Assembly: GCA_031255755.1 (NCBI GenBank)
Contig: JAIRRX010000023.1
Coordinates: forward strand, 1-52,641
Reading direction: 5' to 3'
DNA: 52,641 bases
From: Prevotellaceae bacterium
GTDB lineage: Bacteria > Bacteroidota > Bacteroidia > Bacteroidales > UBA932
Shown here: positions 36,750 to 46,407 of the stretch, in pieces
Layout: the number at the start of each line of letters is the position of its first letter
Position numbering within the stretch: position 1 is the stretch's first letter
The notes under the pieces: generated by a model
Database searches by the model: none
Seen by the model: the letters and a program-made list of their open reading frames with translations, nothing else
Told to the model about the DNA's origin: nothing
Program-made: the position numbers and the translations under genes

Positions 36750-37076
36750 ATGAACATTTACATTTCAAATTTAAGTTACGGCACATCAGATGCCGATTTA
36801 AAAAGTTTATTTGCAGAGTACGGAGAGGTTTCTTCTGCAAAGGTTATTATTGACAAATATTCAGGAAAATCAAAAGGATTCGGTTTTGTAGAAATGCCTA
36901 ACGATGATGAGGCAAAAAATGCAATAAATGAACTGAATGATGCTGAATTCGATGGAAAAACAATTGTCGTTAATGTAGCAAAACCGCGTACGGAAAGGTC
37001 AAATAACAACAGAAACAGTGGCGGATACAATTCAAACCGAGGTTTTAACTCGTCTAAAAGATATTCACGCGATTAA
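36750..37076 (+). CDS. RRM-domain RNA-binding protein with Gly/Asn/Ser/Arg-rich tail
   Basis: 108 aa. RNP2 IYISNL and RNP1 KGFGFVEM. Confidence 0.85.
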   Translation: MNIYISNLSYGTSDADLKSLFAEYGEVSSAKVIIDKYSGKSKGFGFVEMPNDDEAKNAINELNDAEFDGKTIVVNVAKPRTERSNNNRNSGGYNSNRGFNSSKRYSRD

Positions 37077-37120
37077 AATCGTACAAATCTTATTTGAAAA
37101 ATCTGTTACAGATTTAATTA

Positions 37121-37153
37121 AAACCCTATTCTAAACAAAGGAATAGGGTTTTA
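37121..37153. terminator. Bidirectional intrinsic terminator between the RRM gene and tnaA
   Basis: AAACCCTATTC (37121-37131) pairs perfectly with GAATAGGGTTT (37141-37151). T-rich on both strands. A second small hairpin AAATCTG-TTA-CAGATTT lies at 37099-37115. Confidence 0.65.
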
Positions 37154-37229
37154 TGTTTGCATAACAGCGAAACAGATTACGAAAAAACTATATTTTCTAA
37201 TTTTATGATGCGAATGTACAACAGATTAG

Positions 37230-38603
37230 TTACAGTCTTTTCAGTTTTACCGTAAAATGGCGCATCAATTCGGCTTCCCATTCTATTGCTAATCCGCGTG
37301 TTATACTGTTTCGTCTGTCAAAAACATTTTTCAGAGCAACAGCAATTACATCCATGTGATTGTTTGTATATGTACGCCGCGGAACAGCCAGCCGCAAAAA
37401 ATCATTACCGTCAAATCTGTTTTCGCGGGTTAAAGGATCACGGTCGGCAAGAATATAACCTATTTCACATCCTCGAATACCCGCTTCAAGGTAAAGTTCA
37501 ACCGTAAGTGTCTGCGCAGGAAATTCCTCTTTTGGCACATGTGTTAAAACCTTTGGAGCATCAATAAAAATTGCATGCCCGCCCGCAGGTCGCTGATACG
37601 GAATTTCAAATTCATCAAATCTGGAAGCCAGATATTCAATCTGTTTGATACGGGTTTCAAGATTTTCAAATTCCGTATTTTCATCAAGTCCGATAGCAAG
37701 AGCGTTCATGTCGCGTCCGTTCATTCCGCCGTAAGTTATGTAACCTTCAAAAACAATTCCTTTTATTTTTGCCTGTTCGTACCATTCTTCGATATTTGTT
37801 GCAATAAAGCCGCCCATGTTTACTATGGCATCCTTTTTTGCGCTCATTGTCATGCCATCGGCATAAGTAAACATTTCACGACAAATTTCTTTTATTGTTT
37901 TGTCGGCATAACCATTTTCACGCACTTTTATAAAATATGCGTTTTCTGCAAATCGAGCCGAATCAAACAGTACAGGCTTATTAAATTTTTTTGCAAGATG
38001 ACTTACTTCACGCAAATTCTGCATTGATACCGGCTGTCCGCCTGCTGTATTATTGGTTATTGTTACAATTATAAACGGGATTTTTGCATTATGTTCGGTC
38101 AAAACCTTTTCGAGTTTTTTTATGTCAACATTTCCTTTAAAAGGCAGTTCAATCTGTGTATTGCAGGCTTCGTCTATCGTGCAATCAACTGCAAATGCTT
38201 TGCGCGATTCTATGTGTCCTTTTGTTGTATCAAAATGCGAATTTCCCGGAATATAATCGCCTTCTTTTACAAGACATGAAAACAATACATTTTCGGCTGC
38301 TCTTCCTTGATGAGTTGGCAAAACATATTTAAAGCCCGTTATTTTGTTAATTGTTTCTTTCATTTTAAAAAATGATGTTGCTCCGGCATAGCTTTCATCG
38401 CCAATCATCATCGAAGCCCATTGTCGGTCGCTCATTGCGCCTGTCCCTGAGTCTGTAATTAAGTCAATATAAACCTGTTCGGCTTTGAGTTGAAAAACGT
38501 TATAATACGCTTCTTTGAGCCATTGTTCACGTTGATTGCGAGTACTTTTTTGTATCGGTTCAATCATTTTTATTTTCCAAGATTCTGCAAATGGTAATTC
38601 CAT
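37230..38603 (-). CDS. tnaA: Tryptophanase (beta-eliminating lyase family)
   Basis: 457 aa. DLITDSGTGAMS, DSARFAENAYFIK and the PLP-lysine segment MSAKKDA match E. coli TnaA more closely than tyrosine phenol-lyase, as far as I can recall both sequences. Confidence 0.8.
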   Translation of the reverse strand: MELPFAESWKIKMIEPIQKSTRNQREQWLKEAYYNVFQLKAEQVYIDLITDSGTGAMSDRQWASMMIGDESYAGATSFFKMKETINKITGFKYVLPTHQGRAAENVLFSCLVKEGDYIPGNSHFDTTKGHIESRKAFAVDCTIDEACNTQIELPFKGNVDIKKLEKVLTEHNAKIPFIIVTITNNTAGGQPVSMQNLREVSHLAKKFNKPVLFDSARFAENAYFIKVRENGYADKTIKEICREMFTYADGMTMSAKKDAIVNMGGFIATNIEEWYEQAKIKGIVFEGYITYGGMNGRDMNALAIGLDENTEFENLETRIKQIEYLASRFDEFEIPYQRPAGGHAIFIDAPKVLTHVPKEEFPAQTLTVELYLEAGIRGCEIGYILADRDPLTRENRFDGNDFLRLAVPRRTYTNNHMDVIAVALKNVFDRRNSITRGLAIEWEAELMRHFTVKLKRL

Positions 38604-38765
38604 ACTATTATTTTAAATTATTATATTTTATTGAATTATTGTTATGATTTAAATTAAAATTAAAAAATGAGATGTCTTTAAATGTGCAAGTCATCACGTT
38701 TTTTAACGTTTATATAGCGGTAACAATCCGAAAGTGATATTTGGCATATTTTTGCTAACATGATG

Positions 38766-38773
38766 CAAATATA
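38766..38773 (-). promoter_or_regulatory. -7 promoter box TAtaTTTG, candidate tnaA promoter
   Basis: Plus strand reads CAAATATA. Implies a leader of about 155 nt. An alternative box TAaaTTTG lies at 38835-38842. Confidence 0.35.
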
Positions 38774-39160
38774 ATAAAAAATGACAAAATACATTTCGTC
38801 TAAATATTTTTACAATAATTTTCAATACGCATATCAAATTTATTATTTTATTAGTTAAGATTTTATTGTAAATTTTACTTTTAATGAATAATTAAATACT
38901 TATACATTGTAATTACATAAAATATTTTGTTAAATGTTTTTCTTGTACTTGTTTTTATGTACTTACATTGTGAAAAATATTCATCCAATAACATAACACA
39001 GAATTTGTATTCCCATTTTAGAAAAATAAAGTTTTATTTGCTTATTGTCTCTTTTTTAGGGCAGCATATTTTCTAAAATATATCCAAATATCAAATATCT
39101 ATTATTTTTATCAACAAAAGACTGTTAATATTATTTTTTTCTTACATGTATATAAAATCA

Positions 39161-39168
39161 TACCTTTG
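39161..39168 (+). promoter_or_regulatory. -7 promoter box TAccTTTG for prs
   Basis: Lies 17 nt upstream of the ATG at 39185. Confidence 0.55.
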
Positions 39169-39184
39169 TAAAAAAATACAGTAA

Positions 39185-40129
39185 ATGCATCCTACAAATC
39201 AAATAAAATTCTTTTCAGGAAGAGCAACACGTTATCTTGCTGAAATCATAGTAAAAAGTTTTGGCACTGAACTTGGTAAATCAAGCGTTACGGAATTCAG
39301 CGATGGTGAATTTCAACCATCTTTTGACGAATCTGTGCGTGGATCTACAGTATTTATTATTCAATCAACTTTTTCGCCTGTCGATAATTTATTTGAACTG
39401 CTTTTGATGATAGACGCTGCACGTCGTGCATCGGCTTATAAAATTGTTGCCGTAATTCCATATTTCGGCTGGGCGCGTCAAGACCGTAAAGACAAGCCTC
39501 GCGTTTCAATAGGCGCAAAATTGGTTGCAAATCTGCTTTGTGCAGCGCATGTTGACAGAGTTTTGACAATGGATTTGCATGCGGACCAGATTCAGGGATT
39601 TTTTGATATTCCTGTTGACCATATATATTCAAGTAAACTGTTTTTGCCGCACATAAGAAGTTTGCAACTTGAAAATCTGTCAATAGCAGCGCCGGATATG
39701 GGTGGAGCAAAACGTGCAAATGCATATTCCAAAATCTTAAAATCGCCAATGATAATCTGCCACAAATCACGTGAAAAAGCCAATGAAATCGCTTCCATGA
39801 CGGCAATAGGAGATGTTAAAGGACGAAACATAATTGTACTTGACGATATGATTGATACCGCAGGAACAATCACAAAAGTTGCCGATATGATGATGAACGA
39901 AGGCGCATTGAGCGTAAGAGCATTTGCTGCGCATCCGGTACTTTCCGGACCTGCTTATGAGCGAATTGCCGAATCAAAACTCGAAGAAGTTATTGTTACC
40001 GACACCATACCATTGCGTAAAGATGTTGATACAAGTAAATTCAAAGTACTGTCAACAGCAGATATGTTTGCCGACATTATTAAGAAGATTTATAATTGCG
40101 ATGCAATAAGTTCAACTTACGAAATGTGA
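39185..40129 (+). CDS. prs: Ribose-phosphate pyrophosphokinase
   Basis: 314 aa. WARQDRKDKPR flexible-loop motif and PRPP-binding VLDDMIDTAGT. Confidence 0.95.
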   Translation: MHPTNQIKFFSGRATRYLAEIIVKSFGTELGKSSVTEFSDGEFQPSFDESVRGSTVFIIQSTFSPVDNLFELLLMIDAARRASAYKIVAVIPYFGWARQDRKDKPRVSIGAKLVANLLCAAHVDRVLTMDLHADQIQGFFDIPVDHIYSSKLFLPHIRSLQLENLSIAAPDMGGAKRANAYSKILKSPMIICHKSREKANEIASMTAIGDVKGRNIIVLDDMIDTAGTITKVADMMMNEGALSVRAFAAHPVLSGPAYERIAESKLEEVIVTDTIPLRKDVDTSKFKVLSTADMFADIIKKIYNCDAISSTYEM

Positions 40130-40316
40130 TTACTGTTAATTACTTTATTGTCATCTTTGGACATGTTTTGATTTTTTTATTGAAATATCTGCAATACAGA
40201 ACATTAAAATCATTTTATCTAACATATAAAATGATAAAATTAATTGATTCTTCTCTTTTTATATTCGGAACTCAAGTTATAAATTTCTCGTTTAGTCGAA
40301 TATTGAAATTTTTGTT

Positions 40317-40324
40317 TAACTTTG
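40317..40324 (+). promoter_or_regulatory. -7 promoter box TAacTTTG for the DUF3467-like gene and amidase
   Basis: Lies 46 nt upstream of the ATG at 40370. Confidence 0.45.
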
Positions 40325-40369
40325 CCTAAAATATTAATACGTGTTGTTAATTAAAATCTCATAAATCTC

Positions 40370-40681
40370 ATGGAACAGAAAAAAAATGAACTTAATATTG
40401 AACTCGACGAAAAAGTTGCGCAAGGCACATATTCAAATCTGGCTGTGATAACACATTCTTCGTCGGAATTTATTCTTGATTTTATTCGTATAATGCCGGG
40501 ATTGCCTAAAGCTCAGGTGCAAAGTCGAATAATCCTTACTCCCGAACATGCAAAACGATTATTGCTCGCATTGCAGGACAATGTTTCAAAATTTGAAAGT
40601 AAAAACGGACAAATAAAAGTGGAATATAATGAACCGCCTATTATTCCCATGAAATTCGGCGGCGGAAATGTTCAGGCGTAA
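40370..40681 (+). CDS. Small conserved hypothetical protein (DUF3467-like)
   Basis: 103 aa. YSNLAVITHSSSEFILDF segment as I recall for DUF3467. Own -7 box at 40317-40324. Confidence 0.55.
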   Translation: MEQKKNELNIELDEKVAQGTYSNLAVITHSSSEFILDFIRIMPGLPKAQVQSRIILTPEHAKRLLLALQDNVSKFESKNGQIKVEYNEPPIIPMKFGGGNVQA

Positions 40682-40700
40682 ACCTACAAATTGATAAATA

Positions 40701-42419
40701 ATGACTAAACGTTACCTTATCGCCTTGTGTTTGATATTATTGATTAACAATTTATCGGCACAAAATTTAAAAATAGTTACAGGCGCAGTTGATACTGCGT
40801 TTAATGCCAATCATTATTTCAAAGGAATAACAGATAATGATGCAAAAATTTTTGTTGCGGACAAAGAATTTCCCGTTTACTGGACAGGCGCATTTGCTGC
40901 CGAAGCAAAATTGAAAGAAGGCGACAACGAAATAAAAATAATAGCGCAACGCGGCGCGGAACAAACCGAACAGATTGTTAATATATTTTACAAACAGCGC
41001 AGCAGCATTACCGCTACCGAAAATTTTGAAATAGAAAATATTGAAATCTTTCCTTCGATGAATATGACTGTTATGGCTGGCGATGTTATAAAAATAAGAG
41101 TTAAGGCAACACCCAACTGCAATGTAACATGGCTTAACAATATAAAATTACACGAACTGCCTGTTTCGGAAACAGACGGAATTGCAGGAATTTACCAATC
41201 GTCATATACAGTCAAGGATAATGAAAACAAATTCCAAAAACCTGTATATATCAAACTTAGTAACGGTAAAAAATCAATAAAAAAAGAAATAAACGTCAAA
41301 ATCATTTTTATGGATAAAGACGCCGAACCGTTGATGTTACGTACAAAAGGAGCGTTACCGTATCTTAACTACGGCTTGGGAACAGACAGGCTCGGCGGGT
41401 CGAAAATAAGTCATATTGTTGAAGGAATTGTATTGCACGCCGTAGGAAAAGCAGGAAATCTGTATAAAGTCCGTTTAAGCAAGAATTATCAGGCTTGGAT
41501 TCCCGAAGATTGTGTTGATATTGTAAGTTCGGGCGTATTCAAACCGCAGTCGCTTGTTGGTTCGTGGACTGCACGCGGCGCCGACAAACATGATGTTCTA
41601 TCCGTTTCGCTTAACGACAAACTTCCGTTTAGAACGTTTCATCAAATAAATCCATCGAGAATAGTTATTGATATTTTCGGCGCAACGGCAAATACGGCAT
41701 GGATTACACAATATCCCGAAACTTTGAAGCAAATAAAAAATCTTGCATACGAACAAATCGAAGACGATATTTTTCGTATTATTATTGAACTTTCACACAA
41801 TCACTGGGGACACAGTATCGAATATCGCGGCAATAATCTGGTGATAAATGTAAAACATCAACCCAAACTCGAACTTAACGGTTTGCATATTGCCGTTGAT
41901 GCCGGACATGGCGGTTCTAATATCGGTGCGCGAGGTACAACAGGTTCAATTGAAAAAAACATAAATCTTAAATTTGCAAAAATATTGCAGGCAAAACTCG
42001 AAGAAAAAGGAGTAAATGTGAGCCTCACGCGCAATGAAGATGAAGATGTAAGCATGTCCGAACGTATTTTATTGTTGCGTAAAATAAATCCCGACCTGCT
42101 TGTGTCTATTCATTGTAATGCAGGCGGCACGCCGTTTACAGGAAAAGGAACAAGCACATATTATCGGCATACAGGTTTTCGCCCATTGTCAACGTCGATT
42201 CTGAAACGCTTACTTGATCTTGGCGTAAGTAATTTCGGAAATGTAGGCAGTTTCAATTTTGCACTTAACAGCCCAACCGAATATCCAAATGTGCTGGTGG
42301 AAACATTGTTTATAAGTTCGCCGGAAGATGAAGCAAAATTGCTTGATGAGAATTTTCAAAATAAAATGGTTGAAAAAATAATTGAAGGTTTACAGGATTT
42401 TTTAAACGAACAGAAATGA
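40701..42419 (+). CDS. N-acetylmuramoyl-L-alanine amidase (Amidase_3 C-terminal domain) with long N-terminal beta-rich region
   Basis: 572 aa. Signal peptide. C-terminal catalytic motifs AVDAGHGG, E-containing NLKFA..., and SIHCNA. Confidence 0.85.
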   Translation: MTKRYLIALCLILLINNLSAQNLKIVTGAVDTAFNANHYFKGITDNDAKIFVADKEFPVYWTGAFAAEAKLKEGDNEIKIIAQRGAEQTEQIVNIFYKQRSSITATENFEIENIEIFPSMNMTVMAGDVIKIRVKATPNCNVTWLNNIKLHELPVSETDGIAGIYQSSYTVKDNENKFQKPVYIKLSNGKKSIKKEINVKIIFMDKDAEPLMLRTKGALPYLNYGLGTDRLGGSKISHIVEGIVLHAVGKAGNLYKVRLSKNYQAWIPEDCVDIVSSGVFKPQSLVGSWTARGADKHDVLSVSLNDKLPFRTFHQINPSRIVIDIFGATANTAWITQYPETLKQIKNLAYEQIEDDIFRIIIELSHNHWGHSIEYRGNNLVINVKHQPKLELNGLHIAVDAGHGGSNIGARGTTGSIEKNINLKFAKILQAKLEEKGVNVSLTRNEDEDVSMSERILLLRKINPDLLVSIHCNAGGTPFTGKGTSTYYRHTGFRPLSTSILKRLLDLGVSNFGNVGSFNFALNSPTEYPNVLVETLFISSPEDEAKLLDENFQNKMVEKIIEGLQDFLNEQK

Positions 42420-42522
42420 GATTAATATTAAATTTATAAAAATTACAACCAAATTATACTTAAATCACTGAAAATAATCGTTTGACACTATAAATAATAA
42501 ATAAACTCTAAATTTTACAGAC

Positions 42523-45500
42523 ATGACAGATAAAAAATTTGTAACTTGCGATGGAAATTATGCGGCAGCACATGTGGCTTATATGTTTAGCGAAGTAGCA
42601 GCCATTTATCCCATTACGCCTTCTTCGCCAATGGCAGAATACATTGATGAATGGGCGGCATTCGGGAGAAAAAATGTTTTTAATGAAACCGTTAAGGTTG
42701 TCGAAATGCAATCGGAAGGCGGAGCAGCCGGAGCAGTTCATGGTTCTTTGCAGGCTGGCGCACTTACAACAACTTACACAGCATCCCAAGGACTTTTGTT
42801 GATGATTCCCAATATGTATAAAATTGCAGGCGAACTGCTTCCGGGCGTATTTCATGTTTCGGCGCGTTCACTGGCAGCACAGGCTCTGTCAATCTTCGGC
42901 GACCATTCGGATGTAATGAGCGCGCGTCAAACAGGCTTTGCTATGCTGGCAACATCATCGGTTCAGGAAATTATGGATTTGGCGCCTGTTGCTCATTTGG
43001 CGGCAATAAAAGGACGAATTCCTTTCATTCATTTTTTCGACGGCTTTCGTACTTCACACGAAATTCAAAAAGTTGAAGCCGCCGATCAGGAAAATCTTGC
43101 AAATCTGATTGACCTGAACGCACTGGCAGAATTTCGTAAACGTGCAATGAATCCCGAACATCCCGTAACACGCGGTACAGCGCAAAATCCTGATATTTAT
43201 TTTCAAACTCGTGAAGCCCAAAATAAATTTTATGATGTGATTCCTGATATTGTTGCCGATTATATGATTGAAATCAGCAAACTGACAGGACGAAAATATG
43301 CGCCATTCACATATTACGGAGCGCCGGATGCTACCAACATTATTATATCTATGGGTTCGGTTACGGAAGTTGTAAAAACCGTAGTTGATAAACTTAACGG
43401 AGATGGAGGAAAGGCAGGAGTTGTTACCGTTCATTTGTATCGACCTTTTTCGGTAAAACATTTAAACGAAGTTATTCCCGAAACAGTGCAGCGCATTTGT
43501 GTGCTTGACCGCACAAAAGAACACGGAGCAAACGGCGACCCATTATATTTGGATGTGATAGAAGCATTTTCAAATAATAAAAATATTACCAACGGTAAAA
43601 AGCCTTTGATTATAGGCGGACGTTACGGACTGTCGTCTAAGGATACTACACCTGCGCATATTCTTGCGGTGTTTAACAACTTGAATGACGAAAAGCCGAA
43701 AAATCAGTTTACAATAGGAATTAATGATGATGTAACCAATCGCTCGCTTCCTCAATTACCCGATATTGTTGTGCTTCCAGAAGGAACTTTTGAAGCCAAG
43801 TTTTACGGACTCGGAGCTGACGGAACTGTGGGCGCCAACAAAAATTCAATTAAAATAATAGGCGACAATACCGAAAAGTACAGTCAGGCTTATTTTGATT
43901 ACGACAGCAAAAAATCGGGCGGATATACATGTTCGCACTTACGTTTCGGCGATAAGCCTATTCAGGCTCCATATCTGGTTAATACGCCTGATTTTGTAGC
44001 CGTTCACGTCCCTTCATATCTCAAAAAATATGACTGCCTTAAAGGATTAAAACACGGAGGAACATTTTTATACAATTCACCTTGGTCAATTGAAGAAACA
44101 AAAAATAATCTTCCGGATAATGTTAAGAAATATCTTGCTGAAAATAATATACAAATGTATATAATCAACGCAACCGATATTGCACAAAAAATAGGCTTGG
44201 GAAATCGTACAAATACAATACTTCAATCGGCATTTTTCAAAATATCACAGGTAATTTCTTACGATTTGGCTGTTCAACAAATGAAAAAAGCCATAGAAAA
44301 ATCCTATGGTCGAAAAGGTGAAAATATTGTAAAGATGAACTATTCGGCTGTTGATGAAGGCGGAAATGTGATAAAAATAGATATTCCTGCCGAATGGGCA
44401 AATATTGAACCGACAAAACATAATGACGAACGAAATATTCCCGACTTTATTAAAAATATAGTTGAACCTATCAATGCCCAAAAAGGGAACGACCTTCCCG
44501 TAAGCGTATTTTCGGGCTATGAAGATGGAACATTCCCGGCAGGAACAACAGCCTACGAAAAGCGCGGAATAGCCGTAAATGTTCCCGAATGGCAAGCCGA
44601 AAACTGTATTCAGTGCAATCAGTGTTCATTTGTTTGTCCGCATGCGGCAATTCGCCCTGTGGTAATGACAGACGAAGAACTGAAAAACGCTCCGCAGTCA
44701 ATGAATACGCTTGATATGAAAGTACCGAAAGAAATGGCGGGAATGCATTTTCGTATTCAGGTTTCTGCGTTGGACTGTACCGGCTGCGGTAATTGCGCCG
44801 ATATATGTCCATCAAAAACAAAGGCTTTGCGCATGCAGCCTGTTGAAACGCAAACGGAACAAATAAACAACTGGGAATATTCGCAACATAATGTTACGTA
44901 TAAGGATAATTTGATAGATAAAACGTTGAATGTTAAAAATAGTCAGTTTGCACAGCCTCTGTTTGAATTTTCGGGAGCATGCGCAGGCTGTGGTGAAACT
45001 CCATACATCAAAGCCATAACGCAACTTTTCGGCGAACAAATGTTTGTTGCAAACGCCACAGGATGTTCGTCTATCTACGGAGGTTCTGCTCCGTCAACGC
45101 CGTATTGTAAAAATTATCGTTCTGGATTCGGACCTGCATGGGCAAATTCACTGTTTGAAGATAATGCCGAATACGGTCTCGGAATGGCTGTTGCAACACG
45201 ACAAATGCGTAACCGTATTCAGTTGATTATGGAAGAAGCCGTTTTGAACTGTACGGAATGTTCAGACGAATTGAAAAATCTATTCAAATTGTGGATTGAA
45301 AATCGTGAAAATACGATAGAAAGCAGAAAAATTGGTGAAGATATTATAAAATTAGCCGAACAATGCAGTTGTGATTATTGCAAACAAATAATTTCTCTGC
45401 GGCATTATCTTGCTAAAAAATCACAATGGATATTCGGCGGCGATGGCTGGGCATACGATATTGGTTTTGGAGGCTTGGATCATGTGCTTGCATCAGGCGA

Positions 45501-46077
45501 AAATGTAAACGTTTTGGTTCTTGATACCGAAGTTTATTCAAATACAGGCGGGCAGTCATCTAAAGCAACGCCTGCCGGAGCAGTAGCAAAATTTGCCACA
45601 TCTGGCAAAAAAATACGTAAAAAAGATTTGGGAATGATTGCAAAATCATACGGTTATGTTTACGTTGCGCAGGTGGCTATGGGTGCAAATCAGGCTCAAT
45701 ATCTCAAAGCGATAAAAGAAGCGGAAGCATTTAACGGACCTTCTATTGTGATTTGCTATGCCCCGTGTATAAGTCATGGAATCAAGGCAGGAATGTCATG
45801 TACGCAACTTGAAGAAAAACGCGCCGTAGAATGTGGATACTGGCATTTATGGCGATATAATCCGGATTTGGAAGCAGCAGGGCAAAACGGCTTTGTACTT
45901 GACAGTAAAGAACCGGACTGGAGCAAATTCCATGATTTTATTAAAGGTGAGATACGATACAGTTCGCTGTTAAGTTCATTCCCGCAGGAAGCAGCAGAAT
46001 TATTCGACATAACGCAGCAAAATGCTTTGTGGAGATACAACCAGTACAAACAATTGGCTTCATTTAAATTGGCATAA
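42523..46077 (+). CDS. nifJ: Pyruvate:ferredoxin (flavodoxin) oxidoreductase
   Basis: 1184 aa single-chain PFOR. Two ferredoxin clusters CIQCNQCSFVCP and CTGCGNCADICP, and TPP motif GGDGWAYDIG. Confidence 0.95.
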   Translation: MTDKKFVTCDGNYAAAHVAYMFSEVAAIYPITPSSPMAEYIDEWAAFGRKNVFNETVKVVEMQSEGGAAGAVHGSLQAGALTTTYTASQGLLLMIPNMYKIAGELLPGVFHVSARSLAAQALSIFGDHSDVMSARQTGFAMLATSSVQEIMDLAPVAHLAAIKGRIPFIHFFDGFRTSHEIQKVEAADQENLANLIDLNALAEFRKRAMNPEHPVTRGTAQNPDIYFQTREAQNKFYDVIPDIVADYMIEISKLTGRKYAPFTYYGAPDATNIIISMGSVTEVVKTVVDKLNGDGGKAGVVTVHLYRPFSVKHLNEVIPETVQRICVLDRTKEHGANGDPLYLDVIEAFSNNKNITNGKKPLIIGGRYGLSSKDTTPAHILAVFNNLNDEKPKNQFTIGINDDVTNRSLPQLPDIVVLPEGTFEAKFYGLGADGTVGANKNSIKIIGDNTEKYSQAYFDYDSKKSGGYTCSHLRFGDKPIQAPYLVNTPDFVAVHVPSYLKKYDCLKGLKHGGTFLYNSPWSIEETKNNLPDNVKKYLAENNIQMYIINATDIAQKIGLGNRTNTILQSAFFKISQVISYDLAVQQMKKAIEKSYGRKGENIVKMNYSAVDEGGNVIKIDIPAEWANIEPTKHNDERNIPDFIKNIVEPINAQKGNDLPVSVFSGYEDGTFPAGTTAYEKRGIAVNVPEWQAENCIQCNQCSFVCPHAAIRPVVMTDEELKNAPQSMNTLDMKVPKEMAGMHFRIQVSALDCTGCGNCADICPSKTKALRMQPVETQTEQINNWEYSQHNVTYKDNLIDKTLNVKNSQFAQPLFEFSGACAGCGETPYIKAITQLFGEQMFVANATGCSSIYGGSAPSTPYCKNYRSGFGPAWANSLFEDNAEYGLGMAVATRQMRNRIQLIMEEAVLNCTECSDELKNLFKLWIENRENTIESRKIGEDIIKLAEQCSCDYCKQIISLRHYLAKKSQWIFGGDGWAYDIGFGGLDHVLASGENVNVLVLDTEVYSNTGGQSSKATPAGAVAKFATSGKKIRKKDLGMIAKSYGYVYVAQVAMGANQAQYLKAIKEAEAFNGPSIVICYAPCISHGIKAGMSCTQLEEKRAVECGYWHLWRYNPDLEAAGQNGFVLDSKEPDWSKFHDFIKGEIRYSSLLSSFPQEAAELFDITQQNALWRYNQYKQLASFKLA

Positions 46078-46099
46078 ATTTTAATTTATTGAACATTGT

Positions 46100-46140
46100 G
46101 AGGCTTGTTCATGATTGCCGAACAAGCCTCTTTTGTTTTT
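46100..46140 (+). terminator. Intrinsic terminator of nifJ
   Basis: GAGGCTTGTTC (46100-46110) pairs perfectly with GAACAAGCCTC (46120-46130), followed by TTTTGTTTTT. Confidence 0.75.
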
Positions 46141-46204
46141 TCCAAAATCAATAAATTTATAACCCGTGTATAAGATAATATGAGTCGCGGGTGCGAGTCC
46201 GTGA

Positions 46205-46270
46205 GCAACCGCATAACGTCATTGCGAACTGCGAGCGAAGCGAAGCAAGAAGCAAACCCGCAATGACGTT
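46205..46270 (+). repeat. Second copy of the same repeat family (single hairpin unit)
   Basis: 46205-46234 matches 21485-21514 at 28 of 30 positions. AACGTCATTGCG (46215-46226) pairs perfectly with CGCAATGACGTT (46259-46270). Confidence 0.75.
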
Positions 46271-46407
46271 CTGTTGTTGTTTTCTTCATCATTTGTCAGA
46301 ATCCTGATTAGCGAGATTTTTGGATTAACATGATTTTCTTTTTCCTTTTTTCTTGTTTTTGTACGATAATATTTATTAATTTAGCAGTGAATTTAATTTT
46401 TAAAAAT

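Noticed and set aside
40096-40329. A 77-aa hydrophobic ORF overlapping the prs 3' end
   Set aside because: It starts inside prs and runs across the -7 box of the next gene. Its composition reflects AT-rich spacer. No support.
46086-46292. A 68-aa ORF in the nifJ downstream spacer
   Set aside because: It spans an intrinsic terminator hairpin and the hairpin repeat. Its peptide is the repeat translated, so it is not a gene.
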